A DNA stretch of 64,000 bases, taken from Trichoplax adhaerens. Lineage: Eukaryota; Animalia; Placozoa. The notes beneath the pieces are model-generated. The model saw only the letters and a program-made list of their open reading frames with translations. It was not told where the DNA came from and did not search any database. The translations under genes and the position numbers were made by a program. Of this stretch, positions 28,201-40,772 are shown piece by piece. Numbering within the stretch: position 1 is the stretch's first letter; each line of letters opens with the position of its first letter. The stretch lies in contig NW_002060973.1 of NCBI RefSeq assembly GCF_000150275.1, positions 248,001 to 312,000 on the forward strand. Direction: 5' to 3'.

Positions 28201-28867
28201 TGTTTTTATGAACCTTAAACTTATACATTAATTCATAAATTTTTAATGCAATATTTTTTAATCTCTCTTGAAAAGTGTGAAAGGAACTTTGCCCGAAGGG
28301 TTTTTCGATGATCCTGTCGTCGATGCAAATGTAATAACTGGGTGTTAAAACTTCCAATAATATATCAATTCGTTAATATCGCTGATGTACCTTTACTTGT
28401 AGGTTCGGCATGTTGAATATAAACCAAAGATTGACGTGGAATACGAAAAATTTCAAAAGGAGATTGCTAAGGAAGAGCAGGTATTCATTTTATCATTACC
28501 AGATTGAAAATATGTATATCGTAACCTACCTTATTCTTGCATTGATCTGTAAAGAAATCAGATGCTATTGTTGAAGTTGACGACGTAGAGGCGCAACTGG
28601 CTCGTGATACTCTGGAAGTTGTGGAACAATTGTAAATATAGTCATTTCTTGGTTGGTAACTTGCTATTGTTTAGAATACTCACACTTAAGCATAATATTT
28701 TTAGAGTCTGTGAAGAGAAAATTGATACTCTAAGAAAAGCTCGTGAGATGATGAAAGCCAAGCAACTGGCAGCGGCAAACGCTAGGAAAAAATTGGATAA
28801 TGATAGCGATGATGACAGTGAGGAAAGTGAAGACGAATTTTTTGATTGGAGAGCAAAGAAGGCATAG
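25249..28867 (+). CDS. ZNF830: Zinc finger protein 830 (CCDC16), spliceosome-associated
   Basis: Exon 25249-25322 (MSSFRKLIKGKASQKKINSPLARYS), exon 26729-26822 ([31 protein letters not shown], zinc finger), exon 26946-27014 and further small exons carrying LPSDFFD, LPEGFFDDP and EYEKFQKEI, ending EDEFFDWRAKKA* at 28867. Confidence 0.9.
25323..26728 (+). other. U12-type (minor spliceosome) GT-AG intron in ZNF830
   Basis: Donor GTATCCTT at 25323. Branch-like TACCTTAAT at 26703-26711, about 18 nt before the AG at 26727-26728. No polypyrimidine tract. Splicing restores RY-S-NTGQLSC in frame. Confidence 0.88.
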
Positions 28868-29259
28868 CAAGCTGCCTTTACTATTTTGATGGACTTTTAT
28901 TTTTATTTGATTTATGTATATAGTATAGCATTACAGTATCAACATTTTCAAGTCGTGTGCTTGATTATAAAATATGAATACCTGTGTACAGTTTGGTAAT
29001 TATTATTTTTAATATTATTCGCATATACAGTAATTACAATGCATTATACCAATTTCAACCTTGACAATATGGTAAAAACTATCTTTGCATTAGCTGCAGG
29101 TTTTCAAAAACATACATCAAATTTACAATTCTATGTAAATTATCAAGCTTTGGCAGTATCACTCAATACTTTCATTGTTATTCGTTGTGAATTGAGTCTT
29201 ACTTGCTTTCCGAAATAAATACTGATAGACTTTAGTTTTTTATGTTATTACCATAGCTT

Positions 29260-30090
29260 ATTAGTCCTGCAGTTGAGAAAATAATCTTCCAAGTGTATTA
29301 CAATATTGAGAGTTATCTGATCCGCGATGGAAATGCCTTGAAAAAATTGGACGTATTGCACTGTAAAAAGTCATTAGTCATTTGTGTTGGTTATATGCTA
29401 CTAACGGTAATTTGTTAATGGACCTATAAAATTATACGAACTACTCACTCGGCATTCACTGTAATAATATTATCCTGTATAAAGTGATGTAACAAAGTAT
29501 CATGGTTTAATTCGGATCAGCAGTGAAAAAATTGTTGACAGACCTTATTAAATTGTAGTTTGGTTGAGGCGATGCTATCCCATCGCTCTCTTGAGATTCC
29601 CGCATGTGTTCTTATCCCTAATAATATAAGTTCAGTTGATCGTTTATTTCTGTTTGTTTTGCATTCTTTATATTCCCAATTTGCCTTATTCCACCTTTAG
29701 GATTTTAATAAAGGAGTCACTCAATTACTGATGATTAAGCGTGCGTTGCCAATCTTTATTGTACTCGTAGATACATAACTCGTATTAAGGAATAGTTAAT
29801 CAAAATCAATCATTACTGTCTAGGTCACTATTAGAAATGATGTAGTTACTGTTGCTTATACTTACTTCATTACCATCGCCATCCGATGATTAGGTGATCA
29901 ATTTTGAAATCATAACGTAACGCTGATATTCAAGTTATGGAAAGATTAAATAACCACGCGCTCCTGGATCAACGCCAATGTCATCAATGTCCAGTAGGAT
30001 CAATATGCTAACTAATTGTACCCTTGAGATCAATTTTTAAGTCATGGTGTTAAAATACTGTAGATTAAATGATGACTCTAATTTTTACTG
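29260..30090 (-). pseudogene. Partial duplicate of RSAD1 (last three exons with their introns)
   Basis: High similarity to 34460-35250, introns included. In-frame TAG in the exon-5 copy (GTIS*) plus indels. Confidence 0.9.
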
Positions 30091-30139
30091 AATAGTTTGG
30101 CATACTACGTATTGCAACTGTCAGAAGATAGCAATGACC

Positions 30140-30780
30140 ATTCTATAGCAATGGATTAAGGCTTTAAAGCCGAAAAAAGATAAACTACTGGAGACTAACT
30201 GGAGAATGGCATCATCATAGATGCACGGTATGACTTTGCTAATTCTATCTACTAGCAAATTATCCGTTTAAATGGACGGCAATATAATCTGTCCAAAATA
30301 ATATAGTAAAAGAAAACCCATAGCTAGATGATCCTAATATAGGTTCCTACTTTCTAGATAGGTGCGATGCTTCTTCCAATTTTGGAAGATTGGAAATTGC
30401 TTTAATTGCTCTTCAAGCTCGAATGAGGTTGTCATTTCAGCTGTCCGGTAGAATTTCATTTTAGTCTAGAGTATTATATTGTAGCCGATTTGTAGACAGC
30501 ATGAATTGGTTATTTAACGGCTCTATATCGTTATTGCGTTGTAAAACCACAATGATACGACGCCTTGCAATGTCGATCATCAATAAAGACTTTGTCGTTG
30601 TTCGATATATCATTTCTAGCTTTCCAATAAGGCGTAGAATCGTCAAATCATTGTTGAATTTGCCACCGGATTACAACTATCTTGCATCTTCCTCTGTCAG
30701 TCAACTGACGGATGGTAATTCGATAATTATAATTGTCACTACGGTTGCAATATATTGCTAATAGTGCAACGCGGAGCATT
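30140..30780 (-). pseudogene. Degenerate second ADAM-like paralog with an internal deletion
   Basis: IARRRIIVVLQRNN matches VGNRIILDLERND of the 33316 ORF. atagagccgttaaataaccaattcatgctgtctacaaa matches atagagccattagacgatttgattcacgttgtctacaaa, with about 75 intervening codons missing. Confidence 0.6.
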
Positions 30781-32152
30781 TTCCCGTAATCGCCTTTTAA
30801 AGCTTGCACTAAAGTCGTCATTTTAAAGATAAACGAATGGCGAAGTAATAGGCTTGATTAGCCAAATGTGTACAGTAGCCTCCAACTTCGCTATTTTAAA
30901 GATAAATCAATGGTGAAGTAAAGTTTTATTAACCAAATAGGTAGTCCTTATAGTGTTGATTTTTGTGGGAAAAGAGATTCAATTTCACTTCCTCAATATT
31001 AGCAGGTTCAAACTAGCCGTGGAAAAACTCTTCTGCATCTCAACTCTGCCTTTTATATCTGAACTACGAAAGTGTAAAGAGGCAACTAGCAGAAGAAGCT
31101 ATTTTGACGGACGATTTGAATTTCATTTACGCATATTTCAACTTTATTTCAAATTGTTTATAATGATGTACCGTAGGTTGGACATTTTTAATCAAGTACT
31201 ATAGGCTGCCATGAATAGAATCAAAGACGACAAAAGGGAATAAATGGACATCAAAAGCAAAGATGATTGATAATTCTTTAATGGCTTCTATAGCCAACGT
31301 CTAAAACATCAGCAAATTCTTTTCTAACGTACAAATAGTAGCAAGTAGGGGGGGGGGGGTCCACGATCTCAATACTAGCCTATGCTAGGTCCTCCGAAAA
31401 AATAATTGTTACTGACAATTTTAGTGTCTAATGTCTACGCATGGTGCATCCTCAAGTCCAACAACTTGATTATGCAATATGCTCCGAAACTGGGCTCTTT
31501 ATTTCTAGCCATATTCTAGGATCAATTTTCAATCCACTACCTGATCATGAAGCAAAGTATTCCCGACAGATAGCAGGCCTGTTCTACTACTAAAGCATCA
31601 TGCCTTGCGTTTGAGTAGCCTTGGCGACAAGATTAAAATAAATTTATCTTCTTAGAGTAGATCTCCCGACATTGTATAACATTTTAGCCTCAAGCATAGC
31701 ATATCCAATCAACCCAGTCAGTGCATTCGCTTACGCCTTTACTCATTACTCTTATTTCACCATACAACACTCAAATATGCTTGCAAGTTGCAATACAAAC
31801 ATGATCTTTTTATGATGGTATTGCAGAATGCTGATGATACATATTCCAATCTAAAATGAGAATACTATTGTAGATATCCCAGTAAAAGAGTAAAAAATAG
31901 CAATCTATACTTTATCAGCTGATTGCATTTGACAAAGTACAGGATATAATTGTATAATTGTATTGACAAAGTACAGGATATATGAAAAATTTCCTCAATT
32001 TGGAGTACAGTTTATTGAAATTATTACCAGTATACAGGCTAAAGACTGACAAACCTTATTTCGTAAAGCCGATTTGTCTTATTCCTACAGTACTTATGGG
32101 TTGCGAATGGACGCAAACTCTCAAGATCCATGACAGTGCAAGGTATTTTCCA

Positions 32153-33480
32153 CTATCCTTTGGATGGCTTTTCGTAACTCTTATAGGAATAACGCAAACA
32201 AAAACACTGTGGACATTGCTCGTGTAAAAAATGAATAGAAATCATAGACTTAATATTATACTGTATAAAATTGCGTTGATTAGCTTTCGAGAAATGAGTA
32301 GGATAAGGTTCATTTGGGTCGTATCGGGATGCCATGATACATGGTGGATGATCACACTCACGAGTGGATAGTTGATGAGTTAAGTTAAGCGAGTGGCCGA
32401 GTTCATGGGTGATGATAAACGCATCTTCTAAAGGATTTCGCTTAAACTCTATATATTCCACCGCACGGATAGAATAGGGAAAACCGCATATTTTAAACAA
32501 GGATTTTCCAGCAACACTGGAACCGGGGGAATTAGCTTGAAAGCGTGCTGTTGTTGACAAGACTATTATCGCATCGAAAGGAATGTCTGTCGTTTTGTAC
32601 TTGCGGCGCAAACGACGATTCAACTTTATACTTTGCAATTTAAATGAATCTTTCTTGCTAATCCAATCTTTTTTGGTCCACGAAATGATCTTACCAACGA
32701 TGACTACCAAATTCAGAGGCTTGTATTCCAATGCAACTCTATTCATGGTACTTAGCACTTCTGGACGTATCTTGCCAAACTTTCGGCGATATTGATTTTT
32801 GTACACATCTAGGTCCGATATCACTAAGACTTCCAATTGCGATTTCTCAGCCTGAGAAAGCAGTTTTTTATTTGCAAGCGGGTTCAGTGCTGGAATCATG
32901 TCGTTCTTCAATGCTATTTTTCTCCTATCCATCAATCCATTCGGTATTGAATCAAGTTTGCTACTGAATATTTCCTCCTTGATTTCATCATTGATAGAAG
33001 CTTTGTAGACAACGTGAATCAAATCGTCTAATGGCTCTATTTCATAACGTTGCCGATCTAGCTGAAAAGTTCCTTCCAGGCCTTTGCAAGCAGAAATTGC
33101 CACATAATCATGCAATTGTCTATTCTGACGAACCTGACCATGATAGTAACAAGGTATATGAGGAGAATCATCGTCCCTAAATTCATCGATTAAGTTTGCC
33201 CCGGGTACTTGATAACTATGACGAAATTGTTGACTGACTAGATGATCATTACGTTCCAAGTCCAGAATAATACGATTTCCAACATGATCGAAGATTTTTT
33301 GGTTACCACTGGCCATTCAATTTCTCCCTTTCAAACATGGCGTGGGATCACCAAGTGATAGTCCAATATGCCACGCGATTTCAAATATCTTACTTGTTGA
33401 CGGGTTAATTGCATCGACGGAAAGCAATCCGATAATGGCTGTGTTAGCAAATAAATGGTGAACAGTGCAACGTATAACAT
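32153..33480 (-). CDS. Intronless ADAM/reprolysin (M12B) metalloprotease, prodomain plus catalytic domain; 5' end disrupted (possible young pseudogene)
   Basis: Cysteine-switch-like PCYYHG, ISACKGLEG, YEIEPL, zinc motif HELGHSLNLTH and Met-turn CIM. A signal peptide MLYVALFTIYLLTQPLSDC starts at 33480, hits TGA after ...YHLVIPRHV and is out of frame with ORF 33316-32153. Confidence 0.8.
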
Positions 33481-34446
33481 TTTTCTATGGCAATCTTGAA
33501 CCCAATAATGTGGCTAATAAGAAGAGCAACGCCTTGTTGCTTCGTGGACGCTAAACTCTCAAAACTAGCCTGCATACAGTGCAGGCGTAGATTTATAAAA
33601 AGCAGAAGAATAAAGATTTCGTATGGATAGTTTGTAAGTCTCTCCCCTGCTGGTAGTGGATTGTTTCTAAAGATGACCATGTTATTTCATTGTATGCTAA
33701 TATTTCAAAGTGTTGCAAATACAATATTTCAATGCAACAATAGTTAAATTATCAATTACCGAATTATTGGCTTTAATTATATGCGTACTCGTATGCGGGT
33801 ATGTACAGTTATCCTATCTTATCAAGGTCGTATAGTACTATTAAATGTTTGCATTGCTGTTTCTTTTACGACTTGGCGATAGAAATATGGATATACCATT
33901 TCAATCGAAGACTCATACTGACCATCGTGAGTTGGAGGGGGGGGGGGGGTAAGATACAGAGATTATTCCTTCATTAACCCTTACAAATATTTCTGTAATA
34001 CATTGAGAATTCTTGCTCGAATTTGATGGAGATATTAGGTAAGAGTAGAGCTTTAGAGCTCAACCGATTACAATATCGAACGCAGCTGTAAACGTTAGAA
34101 TAGTTAGATAATTCATGATTATCATGATGGCAGTAGAGAAAGCGATGATAAATTCTTCGATCGGTAGGCAAAAAAGGCATCGGGAAACAGCAATTTTTTC
34201 GATACTTACATTCTTTATTGATTCTTGCAAACAGTATAGCATTTACAGTATCTATATTTTCAAGTTGCGTGCTTTACCTGCCGACTTTCGAAATATCCAT
34301 GCTTGCAAAGTTATATATCAATTTCGTCATTTTACGTCAATTAAGAAATGTCCTTTGATAATTTTAATTCCTTCATCTTCAACTAAAGCTGTATTACTTT
34401 CTTCGAACTCTAGCAGATTTATATTCCTATTTAGTATGATAGCCTA

Positions 34447-37093
34447 TTACATTTGCTGTTGAGCAAAATAATCTTCCAAATGTATTACAATATTAGGAAT
34501 AATCCGATCTAAAATGGATATGCCTTGAAAAGTAGGACGTATGGCACTGTAAAAATGAAGTCATTCGCGTTACATGTACACAACTGATGGTATTGGTTAA
34601 TAGTAAATGGAATTATACGAGCTACTTACTCGGTATCAATAGTAATAAATTCATCCAGTATTAGGTGATGCAGTAAAGTATCAGGGTTAAACTCAGATTG
34701 GCACCGATAAAGCAATTGAAAAACCTTATTGAATTCTAGTTTTGGAGATGCGATGCTATCCCAGCGCTTTCTTGAGATTCCAGCAGGTGTTCTCATGCCT
34801 AATAGTATAAGTTCAGTTAATCGTTCCATTTCAGATTGTTTTTGCATTTTTTGTATTCCTAATTTGCCTTGTTCTACCTTTAAAATTTCAATAAAGGAGT
34901 CAATATACTACTCATGATCATACATAAGTTTGCTAGTGATTACTATAGCTACGTAACTCGTATTAAGAGTGATTAAAATTAATTACTAACAAAGTCACTA
35001 TTAGAAATTGCGTAGCTACTGTTGTATGCTTCATTACCATCGTCATCCAATGATTTGGCGATAAACATTGAATCATAGCATAACGTTGATATTCAAGTGA
35101 TGGAATAATAAGACGACCATGCGCTCCTGGACCAACGCCAATGTAATCATTCGATGTCCAGTAGGATAAATTATGTTGACTAATTGCACCCTTGAGATCA
35201 ATTAAGTCATCAATGTAACAGATTAAATTACGACTCTAGTTTTTATTTTATTCAACAGTTAACACAATTTGCACTCGATTCAGTTCGAGTTCTGTAGAAT
35301 CGCACCTGTTTTGCAAAATTGGAAACTTCGTAACGTTGATATCCATAGCGGCGCATAGTGTTGATTGCATTTTCATACATTTGTGCAATTATATCTTCGT
35401 CAGGTAGGTGTAAGCTTTGCTGCTGTACTTGCTTGTGTAACTTTGTTCCGCGTTCAAGTGTTAACTGATACAGTGATACATGATTGTCACACATGCTAAT
35501 GGCCTAAGTGAGGTGTTTAATTTTAAGGTATTAATGAATAATTATTATAAATCATCCATGAAAGTGAAACTAGGATATGGCGAGCGAAGCTATTTCTCTC
35601 GTTTATTTGACACGTATGCAGACTGCGACAATACGCTATCACAAATCAAGACTATTAACTATAGTCTATAACCTTTTCCAGCTCTGTAGACCATTCCGGA
35701 ATTGTCTGATTTGGTCTTGCAAAAATTAAATCGATGGATGTCCTCTTTGGAAAATGAGCTTTAGCGATATCGATAGCTTGTTTAGCTTGTGCAGCGTCGT
35801 GATCCCGACCTAAAATTTGTAAATCTTTATCATTGAGTGCCTAGAAAAGGGAGAGGAAGTATTATTATATGCTAACCTGATGGAAACAAATTGAGGCAAA
35901 TCCTCCATAGTGTAGCATAAGGAACAAGAATTATTCTTATAGATGTAATTTATTTGGTCAATCTTTATCATTGTATGCCTAAAGAAGGGAAAGAAAGTAT
36001 CCTTCCAGGCTATCTTAATCGAAATAAGCCGAGGCTAATCCAGTACAGTATAGCATAAAGAATAAGAATAGCTGTACTTTATTTTGTAAATCTTTATCAC
36101 TGTATGCCTATAGATGGGAGAGAAAGTATCATGACATGCTATCCTGATTGAAACCAGCTGAGGCTAATCCTTTATAGTGTAGCATAAAGAATAAGAATAA
36201 CTATATTTTATTCTGTAAATCTTTATCATCGTGTGCTTAGAGGTGGGGAAGACAGTATCATGATCTGCTATCCTGATTAAAACCCAGCTGTGGCTAATCC
36301 TCGATAGCATAGCATAAGGAATAAGAATAGTTCTAATTAATTTGTCACAATCCAACGTCGCAGTAAAATAGATCTTTTAATGTACGACCTTCAATGGTGT
36401 GCATACATTAGGACATACATGTACTTTAGCACATTTCAGTATCTAAATTATACGCTTAAGGCTAAGGAATATTATTGTTCTTGCACATACTTGTATGCCA
36501 AGGGATAATCGATTAATGCCTGCTTGCTTAAAATGTCCCATTTTTTCCATTTCTGTTGAAGTAGGATTGGCTTCCATAGTAATTTCAATATCATCTCCTA
36601 GTGTTGCACATTGGCTGATTGCTGATATCATTCTTTGGATATTGTCAGGCTTACATAAGCTAGGAGTACCTATCACATGACAATATGATCATCAAGGTTT
36701 TACAACAAATACGCGAGTTAATTGATAGAGTTGAAGATGATTTTTCGCAGTTAGAACAGTACCTCCACCAAAATAGATCGATTTCACCGTTTTAACATGG
36801 CCTAACTGGAGTAATCCTTTCACGGCTCGTATCATGCATTCAGTCATACGATCATGATCGACCAGTTGTTGAACAACCTTGTTGAAATTGCAATAATGGC
36901 AATGCTTTTTACAATATGGCCAATGGATGTAGACACCCACTGAATGATGACGGCATTGGATGACGAAAAGAGTGGTGTTAATTCGATCCATGAGGACACT
37001 TTTGGACGCGATATTGCCGTTGATGAAGGCCAACTTTGATAGAAAGCGACATGCTTTGCCGCTTGCAGACGTCACAGGAGCGAATCGATGCAT
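34447..37093 (-). CDS. RSAD1: Radical SAM domain protein 1 (HemW/HemN-like heme chaperone), likely mitochondrial
   Basis: Exons 37093-36763, 36669-36491, 35840-35673, 35503-35306, 35190-35038, 34877-34630, 34546-34447. Motifs YIHWPYCKKHCHYCNF (CxxxCxxC), YFGGGTPS, EITMEANP, NRLSLGIQ, YEVSNFA, HNLSYW, YIGVGPGAHG. Confidence 0.93.
35821..36335. repeat. About 130 bp x4 tandem repeat overlapping the RSAD1 exon-3 acceptor
   Basis: aatctttatca.tg..tgc(c/t)ta recurs at about 35822, 35960, 36089 and 36218, each followed by gctatc/aacctga...aggctaatcc...agcataa.gaataagaat. Confidence 0.88.
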
Positions 37094-39713
37094 GGAATAA
37101 ATCCGTGAGCCTTTCTATCCGATCGTGCTAATGGGATGAACAACAGCTATGCACGGGGTGGATAGGGGTTAAGATTGAAGAAAGTGCCATGGAGCTAGGG
37201 AATGGATACTATAGGTAAGAAAATAGAGGACAGCTTTTTCTCTAATAATTATAATAATAACCTTTGGAGACGATGATCCTCAATCCTCTACCTGCATCTT
37301 GCACAATTGAGAATGAACGATGGAGTAAAAGCAGCTTGTCGAGGTTGGCTATCTTGTAGCGAAGTCTGATTTCTACGACACAATTATCTCTACAGTAGCT
37401 TTCTATGTATGCAATCCACTTTCAATCTCGAGTTGATCGTCTCCAATGGTGTCTTCCTTTCCGCTAATGATCGTCTTGATCGTAATTCAAGATCGGATAT
37501 AGGCTCGATGGCGTTGATCGCTAGATGCCAATAAGGTGTTACTAGCCAGCTCGTCGTTTAATTAAGTGGTCGAGATTTGCCTCTATCTCCTTGCAAAAGG
37601 ATCATGTTTTACGACTCTATATAGTCATAGTAGGTCAGAGAGATACTGTATACTGTTTGCTATACTGCAACTTAAACATGTCATTCTACTCGTAGTTAAA
37701 CTATTCCTTCAGCGCTATGGCAGAAGGGACGGATGGCAAAATGGCTGGAGCAGCTCGATCTCGCTTTCTCCTCTTAATCTCCTAGCTGTAGACATGTGTA
37801 AAACCCTCATCATTAGACTACCATCATCGAAAGAATGAATAAGAGCTAGTGTATTGATTAAAATGGAGAAGCCGATCATTTTGCTGGCCATTTCAACTGC
37901 CATGTATACTCTTTCTCGTCAGTACAGCAGACTAAAGTTGCTATGATGGAAATATCTTTCGAAAGATAGAAAGATATTTGAAAGATATCGATATCAATAT
38001 CTTTTAATATCAGGATATCAATATCGGCCTTGATAACATAATGAATCCATTTCAATAATTTAATTCTTGATAGAAACCAAGAAACGGCCGGATTCTACCA
38101 GTTGCCTGCGCCGATGGTTGCGGACACTTGAATGAATTTTATAGCAACGACATGTTGCATTCTTTTTCGATATTCTCATCACAAATTAGATGCTCTTCTT
38201 GATTTAATGTTATATCCTATTTTATATGCCCCGCTGCTGTAGTACGTTACAATTAGATTTAAAGGATATGCAAGGAAAAGATACCAAGTAATGAGCTAAG
38301 AAACTATTGAAGATGGGGTGTTTGATAATTAATTTAATGATATAGTATAATCAATACAAGCCTGCAATGACCGATTGCTTAGCCGTTGAATGAAGTAGCG
38401 CATTTGCATTGGCGATTCTTGTCGGTTCTGATTATACAAATATGTGGAAAGATTAGTATGATATGCGATTGCAGCCATGGACTAATCAATACGGCACTAA
38501 TACTACACTACAACACATTAAACCTATATTGATGTATATTATTCAAGCACTTTTTAAATATCATTTGCGTTTGAAAATAATTGAGTACCATTGATCACAG
38601 ATGAATCATCGAATCGTTTCAAGTATTCCCCGTCCAATGCTAGCCAAAATGGCTAATTAGAATGACATACTTATGTAAATTCTTATTCATTTCAAGTTCA
38701 ACAACAGTCTCTCGTACAGCTACCCATTGGCACTGTCGTTCTAAAACGCCTTCAAACGTAAATGAATTATTCTTATTGATTTTGGAGATTGAGATTGTTT
38801 GCACAACAGGCAATGGATAAGCAAGTGATTATGCTTTTCCCGATAGTATACTGTAAAGTAAGCGAAATGAGCGATAGCAAGATGAAATAGGGCACGAAAA
38901 ATCGCCTATTTTTTGGCTTATAGAGCAAACAATTGCTACTTGCAGAAGCTCTACTGATGTTCAACGCTACTGAAAATTACAAGATGCCATTTCGGTTAAT
39001 TCAAAAAACATTACCGAAAATCGACAATTTCCTAACAACAGTTTGATTGAATACAACAAGTAGAAGAGAATTAACCTTGTATTATATCTGCAATCTATAA
39101 TGTTCCTCCATTGGATAGTAATGATTATTTTTCTCAACAATGAAATCTGCTTGCCTTTAAATTTGGCATGTTTTATGACGTTGATTGCAAATGGTAAGGA
39201 TCACGTTGGGGGTCCGTTGGGGATTGCTAACTAGCTAAGGCGTCGTATCTAACTTTAACGAAACGTAGCTTATAAATAAGGGTGAAAAATCGGTCAAGGA
39301 ACTCTTTCGAGACTATTGGATAATGATATTGATTTGCAAAAGTGTGAGATTGACACTGTATGAGTATATATTAGATTGTAGATGAACTGGAATCTCAAGA
39401 TTGTGTTAAGTGTGTATCCGGGTTCAGTAGTTCCAGTAAATATTGTAGCTTGGATATCCTCTCTTGCAGTGGCTAATTACAACATGCACCCACAGACTGA
39501 AGATCAGAATTAGTCTGTCATCACTATAAATCAAGGAGGGCGATCAAATTCGTTGCTTTATTCAATATACATCTTCCATGATAGATTATCATTTGTAATC
39601 TAAATCTATAGCAAGGACTGTACAGATGTAGATACGATAGGTAATTATAACATTGAAGCGATTACCTCCATTTACTAATTGATTACTAAATTATTCTAGA
39701 TCCTCTATTAACC

Positions 39714-39905
39714 ATGAATACAAAGATTCTGTTGGTTGCTGCCCTATTATTCACTGCTGCATTGGCCAAAACTGATTTTTCACGAGATGGTCGTAGATTA
39801 GAATTGCTGAGGTATTTGTATGAGGTACAAGATAGAGATGATGAAAATAATGATGAAGAAGAGGAATGGCTGGCAAGTTTGAATAACTATGTTATCATTC
39901 ATTGA
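39714..39905 (+). CDS. Small secreted precursor: signal peptide plus acidic spacer; 3' end uncertain
   Basis: MNTKILLVAALLFTAALA signal peptide, a GRR site, and acidic DRDDENNDEEEE. Upstream TATAAA at about 39525, a 5'UTR intron (GTAATT 39641 to TAG 39699) and Kozak-like ACCATG. Possible GC donor (CTG|GCAAGT, 39873) and acceptor at 39975. Confidence 0.6.
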   Translation: MNTKILLVAALLFTAALAKTDFSRDGRRLELLRYLYEVQDRDDENNDEEEEWLASLNNYVIIH

Positions 39906-40772
39906 TTGATAAACCTGAAATTTTTATCCAATTTATAACGAAATGTAATCCATTTTGCTTGAATCTTGTTAACAGATATAATAATTTATAATTCATATTA
40001 TTGCTGTGTTGTGCAAGTATGGAAGACCGCTAAGATAGTAGGCCATATTGTCAGCTCGTTGTAGTAAATCAAATAATATCAATATAGAATTCAATAATCA
40101 TTTTAGTTTTTGTTGGCGAATACAGATACAGCACGATATACTAGTATAATGTCAATATATACAAATATGCCTCCTCGTTATCATTCCTCAAATGATGTAC
40201 AAGCTTACCACACATACTTTAGTCCAATGGAATTATGTCAGATATGCATTTTTACTCGTCACTCTATTTGTTGAATGCAATCTAGACCCTGGTCATTTAT
40301 TTTACCATACTAAAAGAAATCTATCAATACTTGAAGATTACCATTTTATTGTTTTCTTATATCTCACAAAAATAGCTTGGTTACATTGAAAAGGATTGTA
40401 TCTGGACGATATTCTAATGTTTCGTCATATTATTGCAAGTTATCATGGCGCAATAAGCACATTATTTTTAACTTATGCCGTGCATCATAAACTTGGTAAA
40501 TTGAATGCACTATTGCCAATTTGTATTATGAATTCAAAGCAGCAGTTGCGTGATAGTTAAACCAAGACTGAATATCAGCCAATACAGGATACCTTGCAAT
40601 AATTTTGCTAAAGCTCTGTACTGCCATTTAATGAATTCGATTGAAAGTAAAATGATAGTCATTTCGCAGCTCTAAACATGGAGACACATTTCATGAAGTA
40701 TCGTGGAGAACGACCATGATGTTAAAATATACGATATTAATTGATCCAATCTCTCTTTTCGTTCTTGTATAG

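Noticed and set aside
37950-38025. GATATC-rich quasi-palindrome
   Set aside because: Low-complexity slippage with no associated element.
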